From: an uncultured Acidobacteriota bacterium
Lineage (GTDB): Bacteria; Acidobacteriota; UBA6911
Length of the DNA: 64,000 nt
NCBI GenBank assembly: GCA_963809485.1
Contig: CAWEJX010000017.1
Location: forward strand, 64,001 to 128,000
Reading direction: 5' to 3'
Shown here: piece by piece, positions 9,614-20,266 of the stretch
How positions within the stretch are numbered: the first letter of the stretch is position 1
How the letters are laid out: every line of letters starts with the position of its first letter
Notes under the pieces: generated by a model
What the model was told of the DNA's origin: nothing
Database searches by the model: none
The model's input: only the letters and a program-made list of their open reading frames with translations
Position numbers and translations under genes: made by a program

Positions 9614-10981
9614 CTATAGTACGCCAGCGAATATGGCGCTCATCTGTTTCCGCCAGGCTTCATGAGAGGTATGCAGAGCTCTCCCCATGAAAGAAGCCCG
9701 CAGTTCGCGCAAGACCGGAATTTTTCTGCAGGCGATCATATAGCGGCGATAGTCTTCCCGCGTCTGGAGCGATTCGTCCGCAAGGTAGATCGGCTCCCTC
9801 CTGAAGTTCAGCATCACGATCGCTCTATTCAGCCTGTGCACAGCCGAGGCAATGACTTTCTGCGCCTTGTCCCGATCTTTAAGCGCAGCTTCGTCGCCGG
9901 GCGGAAGCAGGCGGAAAAAGTATGTCGCCCTGCCTGCCGCGGAGGCAGCCTCCCAAGCGACCGTGTTACCTGGAATTGCCGGATCGGCGGCAGTCTTTAG
10001 CGGGAAGAAAAACCAGTAAAGGATCCTGTTTCCGGCGGCTTCCGGCTCGCCGCGAGCAGCTTCGGACATGGGCCGCACCTCAACACTCTCCGCTGCCTCG
10101 TCTCTGCAATCCGATGCTGATTCACCATTCTCTCTTTCAGCCGTTTCACTCCGGATTTCTTTGAAACCCGCAAAATAACCGTCGTCCCCGCACATGCTCT
10201 TAAGGGAATCCAGGTATTCCTTCAAACTCTCGTCGACTGCGGCCCCAAGCAGAGCCGCTTCCATCCTGGGATGGATCGCATTCAGATCTCTGACAGGGAT
10301 AGCTCTCCCTTCCCTGAAAGCCCCGGCAGCGCGCGTGAACTGGTCGGGAGTCAGGAATGGAAAAGAAGAATGAATCACTTGCGCGCCTGTCTCGGAGACG
10401 GCAGATAGGCCGTCCCGAAGTCTCTGAGTCAATTCGCCGGTTCTCTTCGCCAGGCGGGTCAGTTTCAAGATGTCGTTGTCCGAATGGATTACGACCGTGT
10501 AGCTGGAGTCGTCAAAATCCACACGTTCAATATCGGCGTAACGCCAGGAAAATCCGGTCGCCGCCTCAGGAAGGATCGCGAGGTTGCTGCGATAGAGTCG
10601 GATCTCCGCGCGGCTCGAGAAACCTGACCCGGATCCCTCCAGCTGAGCCCAGCCGTCGAACCGCTCTATCTCCTCCAGGTCTTCCAGCAAAAGGCATTGC
10701 ACAAGCCGATCCCGATATGCACCGAGCAGGTCGTGGCCGAGATTTCCGAAATCCCTGGCAAATTTGCTGAGCAGGATTGTGTTCCCTGAATAGAGCTTGA
10801 GCGAGATTTCGTATTCTCCCGGTGCGTATACATCGATGTCACCGAGGTCGCAGGCCAGGGGAGGGCCGGATGAAGGAATGAGCCTGAGGCTCCCGCCCTG
10901 GATGCTCAGACGGCAACTTCCCTCCCCGAGCACCTCGCCTCTTGCGCCGGCGTGCCGGTATTTTCCGCTGTAAGAAGGCAT
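9614..10981 (-). CDS. Hypothetical protein (possibly tandem PH-like domains)
   Basis: 455-aa ORF 5 nt downstream of the zinc-ribbon gene; no recognisable catalytic motif. Confidence 0.75.
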   Translation of the reverse strand: MPSYSGKYRHAGARGEVLGEGSCRLSIQGGSLRLIPSSGPPLACDLGDIDVYAPGEYEISLKLYSGNTILLSKFARDFGNLGHDLLGAYRDRLVQCLLLEDLEEIERFDGWAQLEGSGSGFSSRAEIRLYRSNLAILPEAATGFSWRYADIERVDFDDSSYTVVIHSDNDILKLTRLAKRTGELTQRLRDGLSAVSETGAQVIHSSFPFLTPDQFTRAAGAFREGRAIPVRDLNAIHPRMEAALLGAAVDESLKEYLDSLKSMCGDDGYFAGFKEIRSETAERENGESASDCRDEAAESVEVRPMSEAARGEPEAAGNRILYWFFFPLKTAADPAIPGNTVAWEAASAAGRATYFFRLLPPGDEAALKDRDKAQKVIASAVHRLNRAIVMLNFRREPIYLADESLQTREDYRRYMIACRKIPVLRELRASFMGRALHTSHEAWRKQMSAIFAGVL

Positions 10982-10986
10982 CGCGA

Positions 10987-11619
10987 TCAGCTCAATCTAT
11001 TTCCGCACTCGGGACAGAATTTCGTGCCTGCTTCAACCTTTGTCCCGCAACGCGAGCACTCATTCTTGGGCCGGAGCGGTTTGCCGCACTCAGGACAAAA
11101 CTTGGCTCCTTCGGCGCGAGCACCGCAGTTTGGGCAGAGAGCGCTCGCTTCGCTGGTAACATCGATATCCCGGGTCAGGTCCATCGATTGCACCTTGGTT
11201 TTTATCTGTTCGACTGTAGCCTGAGCCTGCGCCGCGGCAAGTTCAGTCTCCACATTGGGTGCACAGTCATAGCACAGGCCGCGTTTCTGGTTCCAGCAGA
11301 CGGTGACGCACGCCCAGCGCGAACACTTGGGACATTGCCGGAAGCTCGGCTTTACCTCCGCAACGGCCTCCTGGAAAGCCTTGTCGTGGCCCGGCCCCCG
11401 AACAGCGCGCTCAATTTCGTATGTGCCGGAACTGGCCGAACCAAAGATCCCTCCGAAAATGTTGCCCGCAGCGTGAAGCGCGCTCGAAGCCATTCCCACA
11501 GCCGACGGCTTGAACGGGCTCATGAAACCGTTGCCGCACCGGTCGCAGAAAAACTCGAACTGAAACCCCTTGTCGGTCGAATGGTCAGAGTGGTTGCGTG
11601 TGAATTGAATCAAAGCCAT
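10987..11619 (-). CDS. Double zinc-ribbon domain protein
   Basis: FQFEFFCDRC, CPKC..C..C..CYDC, then repeated CPxCG / KFCPECG ribbons; start at 11619 preceded by AGGAG. Confidence 0.9.
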   Translation of the reverse strand: MALIQFTRNHSDHSTDKGFQFEFFCDRCGNGFMSPFKPSAVGMASSALHAAGNIFGGIFGSASSGTYEIERAVRGPGHDKAFQEAVAEVKPSFRQCPKCSRWACVTVCWNQKRGLCYDCAPNVETELAAAQAQATVEQIKTKVQSMDLTRDIDVTSEASALCPNCGARAEGAKFCPECGKPLRPKNECSRCGTKVEAGTKFCPECGNRLS

Positions 11620-11796
11620 ATGAGCTCCTGGATGTCCCATGTATAGCACATCGGGCCGGACCCGCGCAAATTAACCCAATCAGACGGCAAACTTGCGCCT
11701 TGATTAATGAACTGGGATCCTCATATAGGCCCGGCGCCATATCTCCGCTATAATATTTCGTGCTGTCGAGAAACGGACGGCATGTTAGGAGGGACG

Positions 11797-12462
11797 ATGA
11801 ATAAAGGCAGAGTTTTTCCCATGATCCTGGTGATTGCGATTGCTTTTTCATTAATGAGTGGATTGCCGAGGCAAATTCTCGCCCAGACGGAGAAGGGCAT
11901 CGAGCTTTACAATTCCTGGCAATATAAAGAAGCGGAGCAGGTGCTCCGGGAGGCTATAAAGGCCAATCCGGCGGATATTCCCGCGAATTTCTATCTCGGC
12001 CTGTCCCTCCTTTTGGAGGAGAAATACGGCGAAGCTCTCGAAATATTCTCGAAAGTGGCAAGCGGCCGGCTTAAGGCAGAACCGCAGGCTCAATCGGCAA
12101 TCCCGGACGAATTTCAAATGCAGATAGCCATGGCCCGGGCGCACCTTGGACTGAAGCAATATCCTGAAGCGTGGAAGAACCTCGAATCCGCCAAAAAGCA
12201 GCATGCGGATGCTCCCGACGTTTACATCTACCGGGGGGTCTACTATCTTCAGCAGGACAAGATCCGCGAGGCCATCAAGGAGCTCGACAAGGCAGTTGAT
12301 ATGGACGAGCACAATGCCTATGCCCACTATTATGCCGGGCACGCCTATCTCCATACAGGCAACGTGGCAAGGGCCGTGGAATTTTTCAAAATGTTCATCC
12401 AGCTGGCTCCCATGGCACCGGAGGTCGAAAAGGCAAGGGCCCTCATCAGCGCCCTGTGCTGA
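11797..12462 (+). CDS. Secreted tetratricopeptide-repeat protein
   Basis: Signal peptide and TPR patterns (ANFYLG, YIYRG, AHYYAG); RBS GGAGG before ATG 11797. Confidence 0.85.
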   Translation: MNKGRVFPMILVIAIAFSLMSGLPRQILAQTEKGIELYNSWQYKEAEQVLREAIKANPADIPANFYLGLSLLLEEKYGEALEIFSKVASGRLKAEPQAQSAIPDEFQMQIAMARAHLGLKQYPEAWKNLESAKKQHADAPDVYIYRGVYYLQQDKIREAIKELDKAVDMDEHNAYAHYYAGHAYLHTGNVARAVEFFKMFIQLAPMAPEVEKARALISALC

Positions 12463-12520
12463 TTTGCCGCGTCAGCAGCTCAGCATTGAAGAAAGTGGCA
12501 TGGATACAAGCCGCGTGATA

Positions 12521-12612
12521 GGAAAGACGGTCTCTTCGGAGCCGTCCGTTTGATTGCATAAAATTTGCTTCGGTGTTTGTTTGAGAGGACGGCCCCAATG
12601 AGCCGTCCTCCC
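12521..12612. repeat. REP-like palindrome doublet
   Basis: GACGGTCTCTTCGGAGCCGTC and GAGGACGGCCCCAATGAGCCGTCCTC between convergent genes; same GACGG...CCGTC core as 5957-6234. Confidence 0.55.
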
Positions 12613-12634
12613 AGATGCGCCTCCGCGGCGGGGG

Positions 12635-12943
12635 TTACAGTTGGTGGATTTCCCCCGACTTCTTGTCCTTCCAGTATCCTCTCAGCTCCAACGGCCAGTT
12701 GAACTGAATTGCCCCGGGAGTGGGGCAATCGTTTGCACAGCAGCCGCAATACCAGCATTCTTCGGGATGCAGGATAATCGGCGTCCTGCCTTCCACGGGA
12801 TTGGGTATATAAACATCGACCTGACAGGTTTCTACACAATTGTTGCAGCCGGTACAGATCTCCGGGTTAAATACCACCGGGCAGCTCGGTGTAGAAACAT
12901 TTGGAATCGCGAATATTTTTTCCTGAGACACTTTATCCTCCAT
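12635..12943 (-). CDS. 2x[4Fe-4S] ferredoxin, AprB-like
   Basis: CTGCNNCVETC and ECWYCGCCANDCP. Confidence 0.92.
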   Translation of the reverse strand: MEDKVSQEKIFAIPNVSTPSCPVVFNPEICTGCNNCVETCQVDVYIPNPVEGRTPIILHPEECWYCGCCANDCPTPGAIQFNWPLELRGYWKDKKSGEIHQL

Positions 12944-12973
12944 TAATCACGCCTGTAACATTGATTTAACCCG

Positions 12974-14920
12974 TTATTTACCCTTGTATACGCCTGTGTA
13001 GTCCTGGTTGTGGGCTTCATACTCCTTTTTCATATCGCCCCAGAATCCCTGCGGCCGTTCCCGGACCTTGACCTTGTCGTTTTCCAGCTTGATCGTCAGG
13101 AATTTGTTCCATTCCGGCGGATCAATCGTCGGAAAGTCTATTCTGTGGAAATTCAGCGGCATGCTGCTGGCCTTGCGGGCTAAGGAAGCCTGGACGATGA
13201 TCTTTGCGTTCTCCAGCATGCTGAGGTCTTCCAGACTGCGCATCAGCTTGTGAGGATCCAGAGCATAGAGCCTCGGAACCGCTTCGGCTTCGAGTTTTTG
13301 CAGCGCACCCAGCCCCATTTTCAGGAGCGATTCGGTCTTATATTCACTGACGTAATACTGCATGACCCTTGCGAGGCCGGCGTGCAGCTCTTTCCACTCG
13401 ATGCCGCTGTCGCGTTTGACCGGTGCATAAACCCGGGCTTTTTCCTTTTCGATCTGGTCGCGGGATATTTTGGCTTCACCGGCTTCGCGGGCAAAGGCGG
13501 CGGCTTTGCGTCCGGCATATCTGCCGGTAGCGGCTGCATGACTGTGGTCTTCCGGAGCGAACATCTGAGTCCCGCCGGCATATAAACCTTCCAGGGTGGT
13601 CCTCAGGTCCCAGTCCACGAGCAGGCCTCCGCCGTAGCCTACGTCCCGCCATTGGGGCAGGCTCTGGCCTTCGATGAATTTGTAGCTCTGGAGCAGATCG
13701 TTGCTTATGTCGAATCCGCCCTTGTTGAAGGTATCGATGATGATCCTCGTCGTCGATTCCTCCCCCAGCATCAGGTTCCAGGTGGCTCTCCTTTCAACAT
13801 CGGGCATGGACGGAAAGTCGCCGTAGAAGGGGAGCTCATATTCGCCCTTCAGGATGCCTTCGCGGATTTTCGCATCCACTCCCGGTGCCGGAACCATTGC
13901 GCCGGCGTCAATCCAGCCCTGTATGGGATAGGGCAATCTCCGGCCTTTGGCATCCACGATCGGGACATTCTCATAGCTGGCGTCGCCCGCCCCGCTATAC
14001 CACTTATGCTTCAAACCGGTCGCGATCCCGATCATCCCGGTGTTTTCCATTTTAGTCAGTTCCGCTCCGGCTCTCCAGGCCATGATCGTGCCGTCGCCGG
14101 ACATCGTGCGGGAATGCATGTTGGAATAGCCGCCCAGTTCCATGCTCATCAACCACAGGGACCCGCCGCCCGCCGTGGATAGGATCGTGGCTTGGGATTT
14201 GAAAATCATGAATTCGCCCGTGCGGCTGTTGAGGCCGGTGGCGCCTGCGACCCGTGCGCCCTGAACGCCGTTTTCCGTCAGCAGGCTGGTACCCATCACG
14301 CGGTCAAAGATTTTCACTCCCAGGCGCTTGCATTCCTTTTTGAGCGCGGGTTTGAAAGTGCTTCCCCAGACGCGTATGACGACGTTATTCCGTTTTTCGG
14401 GCGGATTAAAATTGGGCTCTCCCATCCTGGGGTCCGGGAGATAGCTGTGTATCGTCCCGTAGCGCGGGGATATCATGAACTTGGTCTTGTCGTCCCTGCC
14501 CTCGGCTCCGGCATATTCGTTTTCGGTGTCCCTGATCTTGCCGCCCATCTGCTCCATTTCAAGCAGGGTGTCGTAGTTCTCCCTGCACTGGATCTGGACC
14601 CCGATACCATTGCTGTAAGGGCGGTCCGCCATGTGTTTTGCCCAGGCATCCGGGGCCACACGGGACAGCGGATTCGCCGGAGCATCGCACCAATGATCGC
14701 ATCCAGGGCCGCCGGCGCCGCTCCTGACCGTGTCACCCTTTTCCACCAAAGCCACCCTCAATCCTTGCCTGGCAGCGCTGATAGCGGCCCAGCAGCCGGC
14801 GATTCCGCCGCCGATTACGAGGACATCGGTATCAACTTCCTGCTCCTGGCCATAGCGCACAGGATACGGCCAGCTGGGTGGTCGACCTTCTTCCTTCAAG
14901 TATTCATGCCATGTAGTCAT
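12974..14920 (-). CDS. FAD-dependent oxidoreductase, AprA/SdhA/FrdA superfamily
   Basis: VLVIGGGIAG, RSGAGG, SGDG..MAWRAGAEL, TTLEGLYAGG, helical C-terminal domain (ASLARKAS..HRIDFP). Confidence 0.9.
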   Translation of the reverse strand: MTTWHEYLKEEGRPPSWPYPVRYGQEQEVDTDVLVIGGGIAGCWAAISAARQGLRVALVEKGDTVRSGAGGPGCDHWCDAPANPLSRVAPDAWAKHMADRPYSNGIGVQIQCRENYDTLLEMEQMGGKIRDTENEYAGAEGRDDKTKFMISPRYGTIHSYLPDPRMGEPNFNPPEKRNNVVIRVWGSTFKPALKKECKRLGVKIFDRVMGTSLLTENGVQGARVAGATGLNSRTGEFMIFKSQATILSTAGGGSLWLMSMELGGYSNMHSRTMSGDGTIMAWRAGAELTKMENTGMIGIATGLKHKWYSGAGDASYENVPIVDAKGRRLPYPIQGWIDAGAMVPAPGVDAKIREGILKGEYELPFYGDFPSMPDVERRATWNLMLGEESTTRIIIDTFNKGGFDISNDLLQSYKFIEGQSLPQWRDVGYGGGLLVDWDLRTTLEGLYAGGTQMFAPEDHSHAAATGRYAGRKAAAFAREAGEAKISRDQIEKEKARVYAPVKRDSGIEWKELHAGLARVMQYYVSEYKTESLLKMGLGALQKLEAEAVPRLYALDPHKLMRSLEDLSMLENAKIIVQASLARKASSMPLNFHRIDFPTIDPPEWNKFLTIKLENDKVKVRERPQGFWGDMKKEYEAHNQDYTGVYKGK

Positions 14921-15315
14921 TCCTCAACCTCCTCGATGAAAAGATGGACGCCTGCTTTTTCTTCAGCAGATGAGCAATGCGTCGGAATCATGGGAATCGG
15001 CACTCCGGAATCGCAATCTTCGCTGCACGTCGATCTGTATCCGCCGGCGTCAACCGCTCCGCCGCGTAAATTTCCAATACGTTGGAAGAATTATTCCATT
15101 CAGCCAGCATTTATTGCTGGCCCAAAGGCAAAAACCGAGTCTTCACCAAAATCGAAACATTCAGATTGTCAAACCAACAGACATTTTACGCTATCGATAA
15201 TTCATCTATTCTAGCATCCCGAACTTGCCTCGGGGCAAGTGCTTTCCATCTGGATTTCCGGGATGCCGGCGCAATCCCCGCCCCGGGCATCCAAAGGTGC
15301 CGGCTGACTGCTCAC

Positions 15316-16962
15316 TCAACCGCGCAGAGCCTTGAAAAAATTGATCAAGCCGTTGGTAGAGCTGTCGTGCGAGGCAACCGGTTCATCGCTTTTGAGTTCT
15401 GGAAGGATGGCCTGGGCCAGCTGTTTGCCCAGTTCAACGCCCCATTGATCGAAGCTGTTGATGTTCCATACGACTCCCTGGACAAAGATTTTGTGTTCGT
15501 AGAGCGCGATCAGCCGTCCGAGGGTGCGCGGATCCAGTTTTCGGAAGATCAGCGAGTTTGTGGGCCTGTTGCCTGGAAAAACCTTGTGAGGAAGCAGCCG
15601 CTCGATCGCGGCATCCTCAAGCCGTTCGCGCTCCAGCTCGGCCCGTGCTTCGTCAGCGCTCTTCCCTTTCATCAAGGCTTCGGTTTGGGCAAAAAAGTTG
15701 GCGAGCAAAATCCTGTGGTGATCCCCCAGGGGGTTGTGACTCTGAGCCGGAGCAAGAAAATCAGCCGGAACCAGCCTCGTCCCCTGATGAATCAGCTGGT
15801 AGAAGGCGTGTTGCCCGTTGGTGCCCGGCTCGCCCCAGATGATCGGGCCTGTCGTGTAATCCGTGACCGGCTGTCCGCCGCGATCGGCGCTTTTGCCGTT
15901 GCTCTCCATATCTGCCTGCTGGAAATAGGCGGCGAAACGGTGCAGGTACTGGTCATAGGGCAGGATGGCGTGCGTTGCTGCGCCGAAAAAGTTGTGGTAC
16001 CAGATACCCAGGAGACCCATGATCACCGGGATATTTTGACGCAGCGGCGCCTTGAGAAAGTGCTGGTCCATTTCGTGGGCGCCTTCGAGCAGTTCCTCAA
16101 AATTCTCCATCCCGATGACGACGGCAATGGGCAATCCGATGACCGACCATAAGGAATAACGTCCGCCGACCCAATCCCAGAACTCGAACATGTTCCGGGT
16201 GTCGATGCCGAATTCGGCGACCGCTTTGGCATTGGTCGACAGGGCGATGAAGTGCCGGGGGACACTCGCGTCGCTCCCCAGTTGGCCGACCAGCCACTCG
16301 CGCGCCGATTTCGCATTGGTTAGCGTTTCCAGGGTCGTGAAGGTCTTGGACGCCACACAAAACAGCGTCGTCTCCGCGAAAATCCCCTTCAGGGTTTCGG
16401 CCAGATGTGTCCCGTCAACATTTGAAACAAAGTGGACCTTCAGTCCCTTTTTCCAGTAGGGCCTTAGAGCCTCGGTCGCCATCACCGGGCCGAGATCCGA
16501 TCCACCGATCCCGATGTTCACCACATCGGTGATTGGTCTGCCGGTATAGCCCAGCCAGGATCCTTCGCGCACCTCGCGAACAAGACTGCGCATTTTGGAC
16601 AGTTCGGATCTCACGGCCGGCATCACATCTTTGCCGTCAACGAAGACAGGCTGCCCCGACAGGTTGCGAAGAGCCGTATGCAAAACTGCTCGCCGCTCGG
16701 TTGCATTGATCTTTTCTCCCGAAAACATTCTCTCGATCCAATGGCGAAGCTGGACCTGCTCAGCCAGTGCGACAAGAAGGCTTATGGTCTCTTCCGTAAT
16801 GCGGTTCTTGGAGTAATCGAACAGAAGATCGCCGAAGCGGAGTGAAAATTTTTCGAACCTCGACGGATCCTGCGCGAATAGCGTTCGCATGTGAACCGCT
16901 GAGATTTTCTGATAATGGGCTTCAAGCGCCTTCCAGGCTGGGGAGCGGACTAATGATGACAT
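15316..16962 (-). CDS. pgi: Glucose-6-phosphate isomerase
   Basis: [55 protein letters not shown]. Confidence 0.98.
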   Translation of the reverse strand: MSSLVRSPAWKALEAHYQKISAVHMRTLFAQDPSRFEKFSLRFGDLLFDYSKNRITEETISLLVALAEQVQLRHWIERMFSGEKINATERRAVLHTALRNLSGQPVFVDGKDVMPAVRSELSKMRSLVREVREGSWLGYTGRPITDVVNIGIGGSDLGPVMATEALRPYWKKGLKVHFVSNVDGTHLAETLKGIFAETTLFCVASKTFTTLETLTNAKSAREWLVGQLGSDASVPRHFIALSTNAKAVAEFGIDTRNMFEFWDWVGGRYSLWSVIGLPIAVVIGMENFEELLEGAHEMDQHFLKAPLRQNIPVIMGLLGIWYHNFFGAATHAILPYDQYLHRFAAYFQQADMESNGKSADRGGQPVTDYTTGPIIWGEPGTNGQHAFYQLIHQGTRLVPADFLAPAQSHNPLGDHHRILLANFFAQTEALMKGKSADEARAELERERLEDAAIERLLPHKVFPGNRPTNSLIFRKLDPRTLGRLIALYEHKIFVQGVVWNINSFDQWGVELGKQLAQAILPELKSDEPVASHDSSTNGLINFFKALRG

Positions 16963-17288
16963 ATCTCAATCCTTTTGCGGAGTTATGGTTCAGGCCTTGA
17001 CGCCCTATTGTACGTTGTATGCCACTCATTGAGAATAATGAACAGCCCCGAAAGCACCAGACTGCATCCTTCTGGAGGGCAATGAGGCATATCCGTTTCT
17101 TGAATCCTGAAATGCGGTCACGGAGCATGACAGCTCCAATATTTGGGTAACGCTGACATACGCCGACAAAAACGCCGACGAACGCTGAAAATCCATTCTG
17201 ATCCCCAATAGCAGCCGTTTTCGCATTTTTTAATGCGGCTCAGTCGGTGCCGTCGAATCGACACCACTGTTTCGTTAAGGGGGGAACC

Positions 17289-17924
17289 ATGTTCTGGAAA
17301 CGCCTGCTCATGGGTCTGTCGCTAGCGTACGGATGGGCGGTTTTGCCCATGCATGCACAAAACCGCCAACAGGAAGACTGGAAATACAAAGTGGAGCTAT
17401 TTGGCGATGTGGCCCACGGCTGGTTCTGTCACGGCGATCATCGCCTGGGAGACGGCCTGGATTATGGCGGAGGGGTGGGCATCCGCCCGTTATCAGGCCG
17501 GCTGAAAGGCCTGGGATTTGAGGCGCGTATCCTGCATCTCACCGACAGTGAGTCGAGCCGCGCCATATCCTCGAGCCTGGACTCCCGTCTCATAGCCATG
17601 AACGTTCTCTATCATTTCCGAAGCGGCAAAAATGTTCAGCCATTTGTCCTGGCGGGAATAGGAAATGTAAAAGCAGAGAACAACTATAGCTGCACGGAGT
17701 GTGTCTATATGCCTGATCCCGCCACCGGTGAATTGGTATCGATACCCCAATATTATCATTCGAAGGAAAGCAAAACCGGGATCGTTCTGGGAGGAGGAAT
17801 CAAAATCGCTCTTCATCGGCATTTGTCGATCCGGCCGGAAGTCATTCTTGCGGATACAACACCAGGATCCGGCCCAAATTGGAGCTGGATCAGGATGCAG
17901 ATCGGCGTTGGAGTCCATTTTTGA
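17289..17924 (+). CDS. Outer-membrane beta-barrel protein (OmpW/OMP_b-brl-like)
   Basis: Signal peptide, alternating beta strands (QPFVLAGIG, GGGIK), C-terminal Phe; RBS before ATG 17289. Confidence 0.8.
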   Translation: MFWKRLLMGLSLAYGWAVLPMHAQNRQQEDWKYKVELFGDVAHGWFCHGDHRLGDGLDYGGGVGIRPLSGRLKGLGFEARILHLTDSESSRAISSSLDSRLIAMNVLYHFRSGKNVQPFVLAGIGNVKAENNYSCTECVYMPDPATGELVSIPQYYHSKESKTGIVLGGGIKIALHRHLSIRPEVILADTTPGSGPNWSWIRMQIGVGVHF

Positions 17925-17980
17925 ATCGATTTATTATGGGAGTTTTCAAATCCCGTCCCATAGCAGGCCGGTTTTTGCTT

Positions 17981-18009
17981 TCGACATCCCCGCCGGCCCT
18001 TCGTATAAT
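17981..18009 (+). promoter_or_regulatory. Putative sigma70 promoter for the GDSL hydrolase
   Basis: TCGACA-17 bp-TATAAT, 130 nt upstream of ATG 18139. Confidence 0.55.
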
Positions 18010-18138
18010 AGGCAGCATTCCGGCAGGTCCGGAATGATCGAGCAGTGCGCAATATCCAGAATTGCAGGGAGATTCCCCTTTCCATTCGTGGAAATGAATT
18101 CCTGGTATTTATCTCTTAAATTCCCCTGGAGGCATGCA

Positions 18139-19074
18139 ATGAAACGACTCCTTCAACCGCTCTCATCCATGATGCTTTGCAGCCTAGGCGTCCTTCTTTT
18201 CTTCAACAACGCTTCTACCCGTGCTTTCGGCCAGATGCCGCCGGCCGAACCCGCTCCGGCGCCCAAGGCTGTCGCCATTGCGCGGCCTACAGCCGAAGAG
18301 GTTCAAATTGCCGAGCGCAGCCTGGCAAAGTTTCTTGAGACCGCGGATCCCGCCGTCAAGGTGATAAACGAAAAGTACCCCGGATTGATCTCCGTACGGG
18401 TTCCGCCGCCGAACTCCGCGATTTATCCAAACCTTCTCCCTTTCTTTCAAAGCAAGCATGAGGCTAATCTCGAAGTAGCCCAAAAGGGAGACATCGAGGT
18501 CCTGTTCATGGGCGATTCCATCACGGACTTCTGGCGCAACACAGAAGGCGTCTTCGCGGGCAAGCCGGTTCTTGACAAATATTTCGGCCACCTGAAGGTC
18601 GCCAACTTCGGCATCGCGGGGGATACGACCCAGGGTGTCCTGTACAGGCTTCAGCATGGCGAAGGCCAGGGCTTCAGCCCCAAAGCCGTAATGCTCATGA
18701 TCGGCACCAACAATACGCAACGCAACACAGCCGCGGAGATCGCCGAGGGAGTCGGCGCCGTGGTATTGGAGATGCAGAAGGATTTTCCCAAGGCGAAAAT
18801 TCTTCTCCTGGGAATATTTCCGCGCGGACCGGCACACGATCCGGTCCGGGAAACCATAGCCGAAATCAACAGCATTATCGCCAGGCTCCACGACGGCGAT
18901 CGTGTCCACTATCTTGATATCGGGTCAAAGTTCCTGGATGCAGAAGGAAACATACCCAAAGACGTCATGAGCGATGCGCTGCACCCCTCAACCCGGGGAT
19001 ATGAAATCTGGGCGGAAGCCGTCAAGGAACCGCTGGCAAATCTGTTAAAGGAAAACCCGGCTCCGGGAAAGTAG
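18139..19074 (+). CDS. Secreted SGNH/GDSL hydrolase (PAF-acetylhydrolase-like)
   Basis: FMGDSIT, NFGIAGD, IGTNN, DALHP; signal peptide; RBS GGAGG. Confidence 0.93.
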   Translation: MKRLLQPLSSMMLCSLGVLLFFNNASTRAFGQMPPAEPAPAPKAVAIARPTAEEVQIAERSLAKFLETADPAVKVINEKYPGLISVRVPPPNSAIYPNLLPFFQSKHEANLEVAQKGDIEVLFMGDSITDFWRNTEGVFAGKPVLDKYFGHLKVANFGIAGDTTQGVLYRLQHGEGQGFSPKAVMLMIGTNNTQRNTAAEIAEGVGAVVLEMQKDFPKAKILLLGIFPRGPAHDPVRETIAEINSIIARLHDGDRVHYLDIGSKFLDAEGNIPKDVMSDALHPSTRGYEIWAEAVKEPLANLLKENPAPGK

Positions 19075-19139
19075 GGTCGCGTTCAGGCGAATTCTCCGGA
19101 CGCAATTATTCTGATCCGATACCGGCCGGGCCGCATCCT

Positions 19140-20018
19140 ATGGTTATGCGCCAAGCACTTCTTAAGCTGTCCTGCGCTCTTTTCATTTGCGCTCTGCCGG
19201 CCGCAGGCCTTTCCGCACGGCAGGATACCCAAGCCCGACCCGGTGAGGAGGGCGCGTACAGCTCACGATTTTTCGATCAACTGCGCAACATTTTCGGAAG
19301 GTTCCGCGATTCGGATCTTCAGCGCGTGTTCAAGGAGGCACAGCCGATCCAATGCTCCGAACTCGTAGGACGCAAAGGGGAGTGGCGGCCCGTTGCATTT
19401 TTTAACGAAGACCGCAGACTGGGCGACTGGTGCCGGGAAAACCTGGAGGAGGTGAAATCCGACCTGGCGCTGTATACCTTCAAAGGCGTCTGCAACGGAG
19501 ACCGGGGAACGGTCCAGGTATCGACAGAATTTCCGACTGCTGCAAGCATCGAGGCCTACATGCAGCAGAAAATCCCGTGGGACCAGGTCGATGTGACGGT
19601 AAACGATCCTGTGAAGGCCGTATTGGATCCGAAAACCATGGCCTATACATTCGATCTGCCCTACCTGTTTCTGACTCAACGAACCCCCGTGAATGTCTAC
19701 AGTTTCAATGCACCCGATCGAGATTCAGCCTATGCTGCCGATGTGGCAAGCCGCTGGGAATGTAAGACTGTATCTTCCGGGGATGTGACATACCGCTTCC
19801 TGATTTGCCGCACGGCGACCGTGCCTCGAGGCCTTGCCGCCGGGAAGGGGAAGTGGGAACCGTCATTCGGATCGTCCGCATTTTTTATTTTGTCGGACGG
19901 CACAGAGGCAAAAACCAGCGTAAACCTGACATTTGGCGATGACCCCTCCCCAAGCGAAAAATCGGCGGATCCGCCTCCCACCTCCCCCAACCGGCCGGTC
20001 CTGAAAAGAGAGCAGTAG
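19140..20018 (+). CDS. Secreted hypothetical protein
   Basis: Signal peptide; Pro-rich tail ending RPVLKR; no known motif recognised. Confidence 0.75.
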   Translation: MVMRQALLKLSCALFICALPAAGLSARQDTQARPGEEGAYSSRFFDQLRNIFGRFRDSDLQRVFKEAQPIQCSELVGRKGEWRPVAFFNEDRRLGDWCRENLEEVKSDLALYTFKGVCNGDRGTVQVSTEFPTAASIEAYMQQKIPWDQVDVTVNDPVKAVLDPKTMAYTFDLPYLFLTQRTPVNVYSFNAPDRDSAYAADVASRWECKTVSSGDVTYRFLICRTATVPRGLAAGKGKWEPSFGSSAFFILSDGTEAKTSVNLTFGDDPSPSEKSADPPPTSPNRPVLKREQ

Positions 20019-20266
20019 CGGAATCCTGTTTTGCAGATTCTTGAAGTCTCCGGACCCTGGAAGCCGATCCATTGGGAGATCCACCGGCTCTGCCGGAGGA
20101 TACTCAATTAGACACCAGAGCGCGAAAGCACGGCTTTTCGGATCGAGCCGGTTTTCCTTCTTTTGCAAAGGGCTGGATCGGGTGATAATAAAATCGAGAG
20201 GAATCCGTCGGTGCCCGTTTCATCAGCCGGGCGCCCAATACAACCGCTAATTCCGGAGATAAAAAA

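Noticed and set aside
12635-14920. aprAB indicating dissimilatory sulfate reduction
   Set aside because: No sat, qmo or dsr genes; the ferredoxin lacks the long AprB tail; only superfamily-level similarity is supportable.
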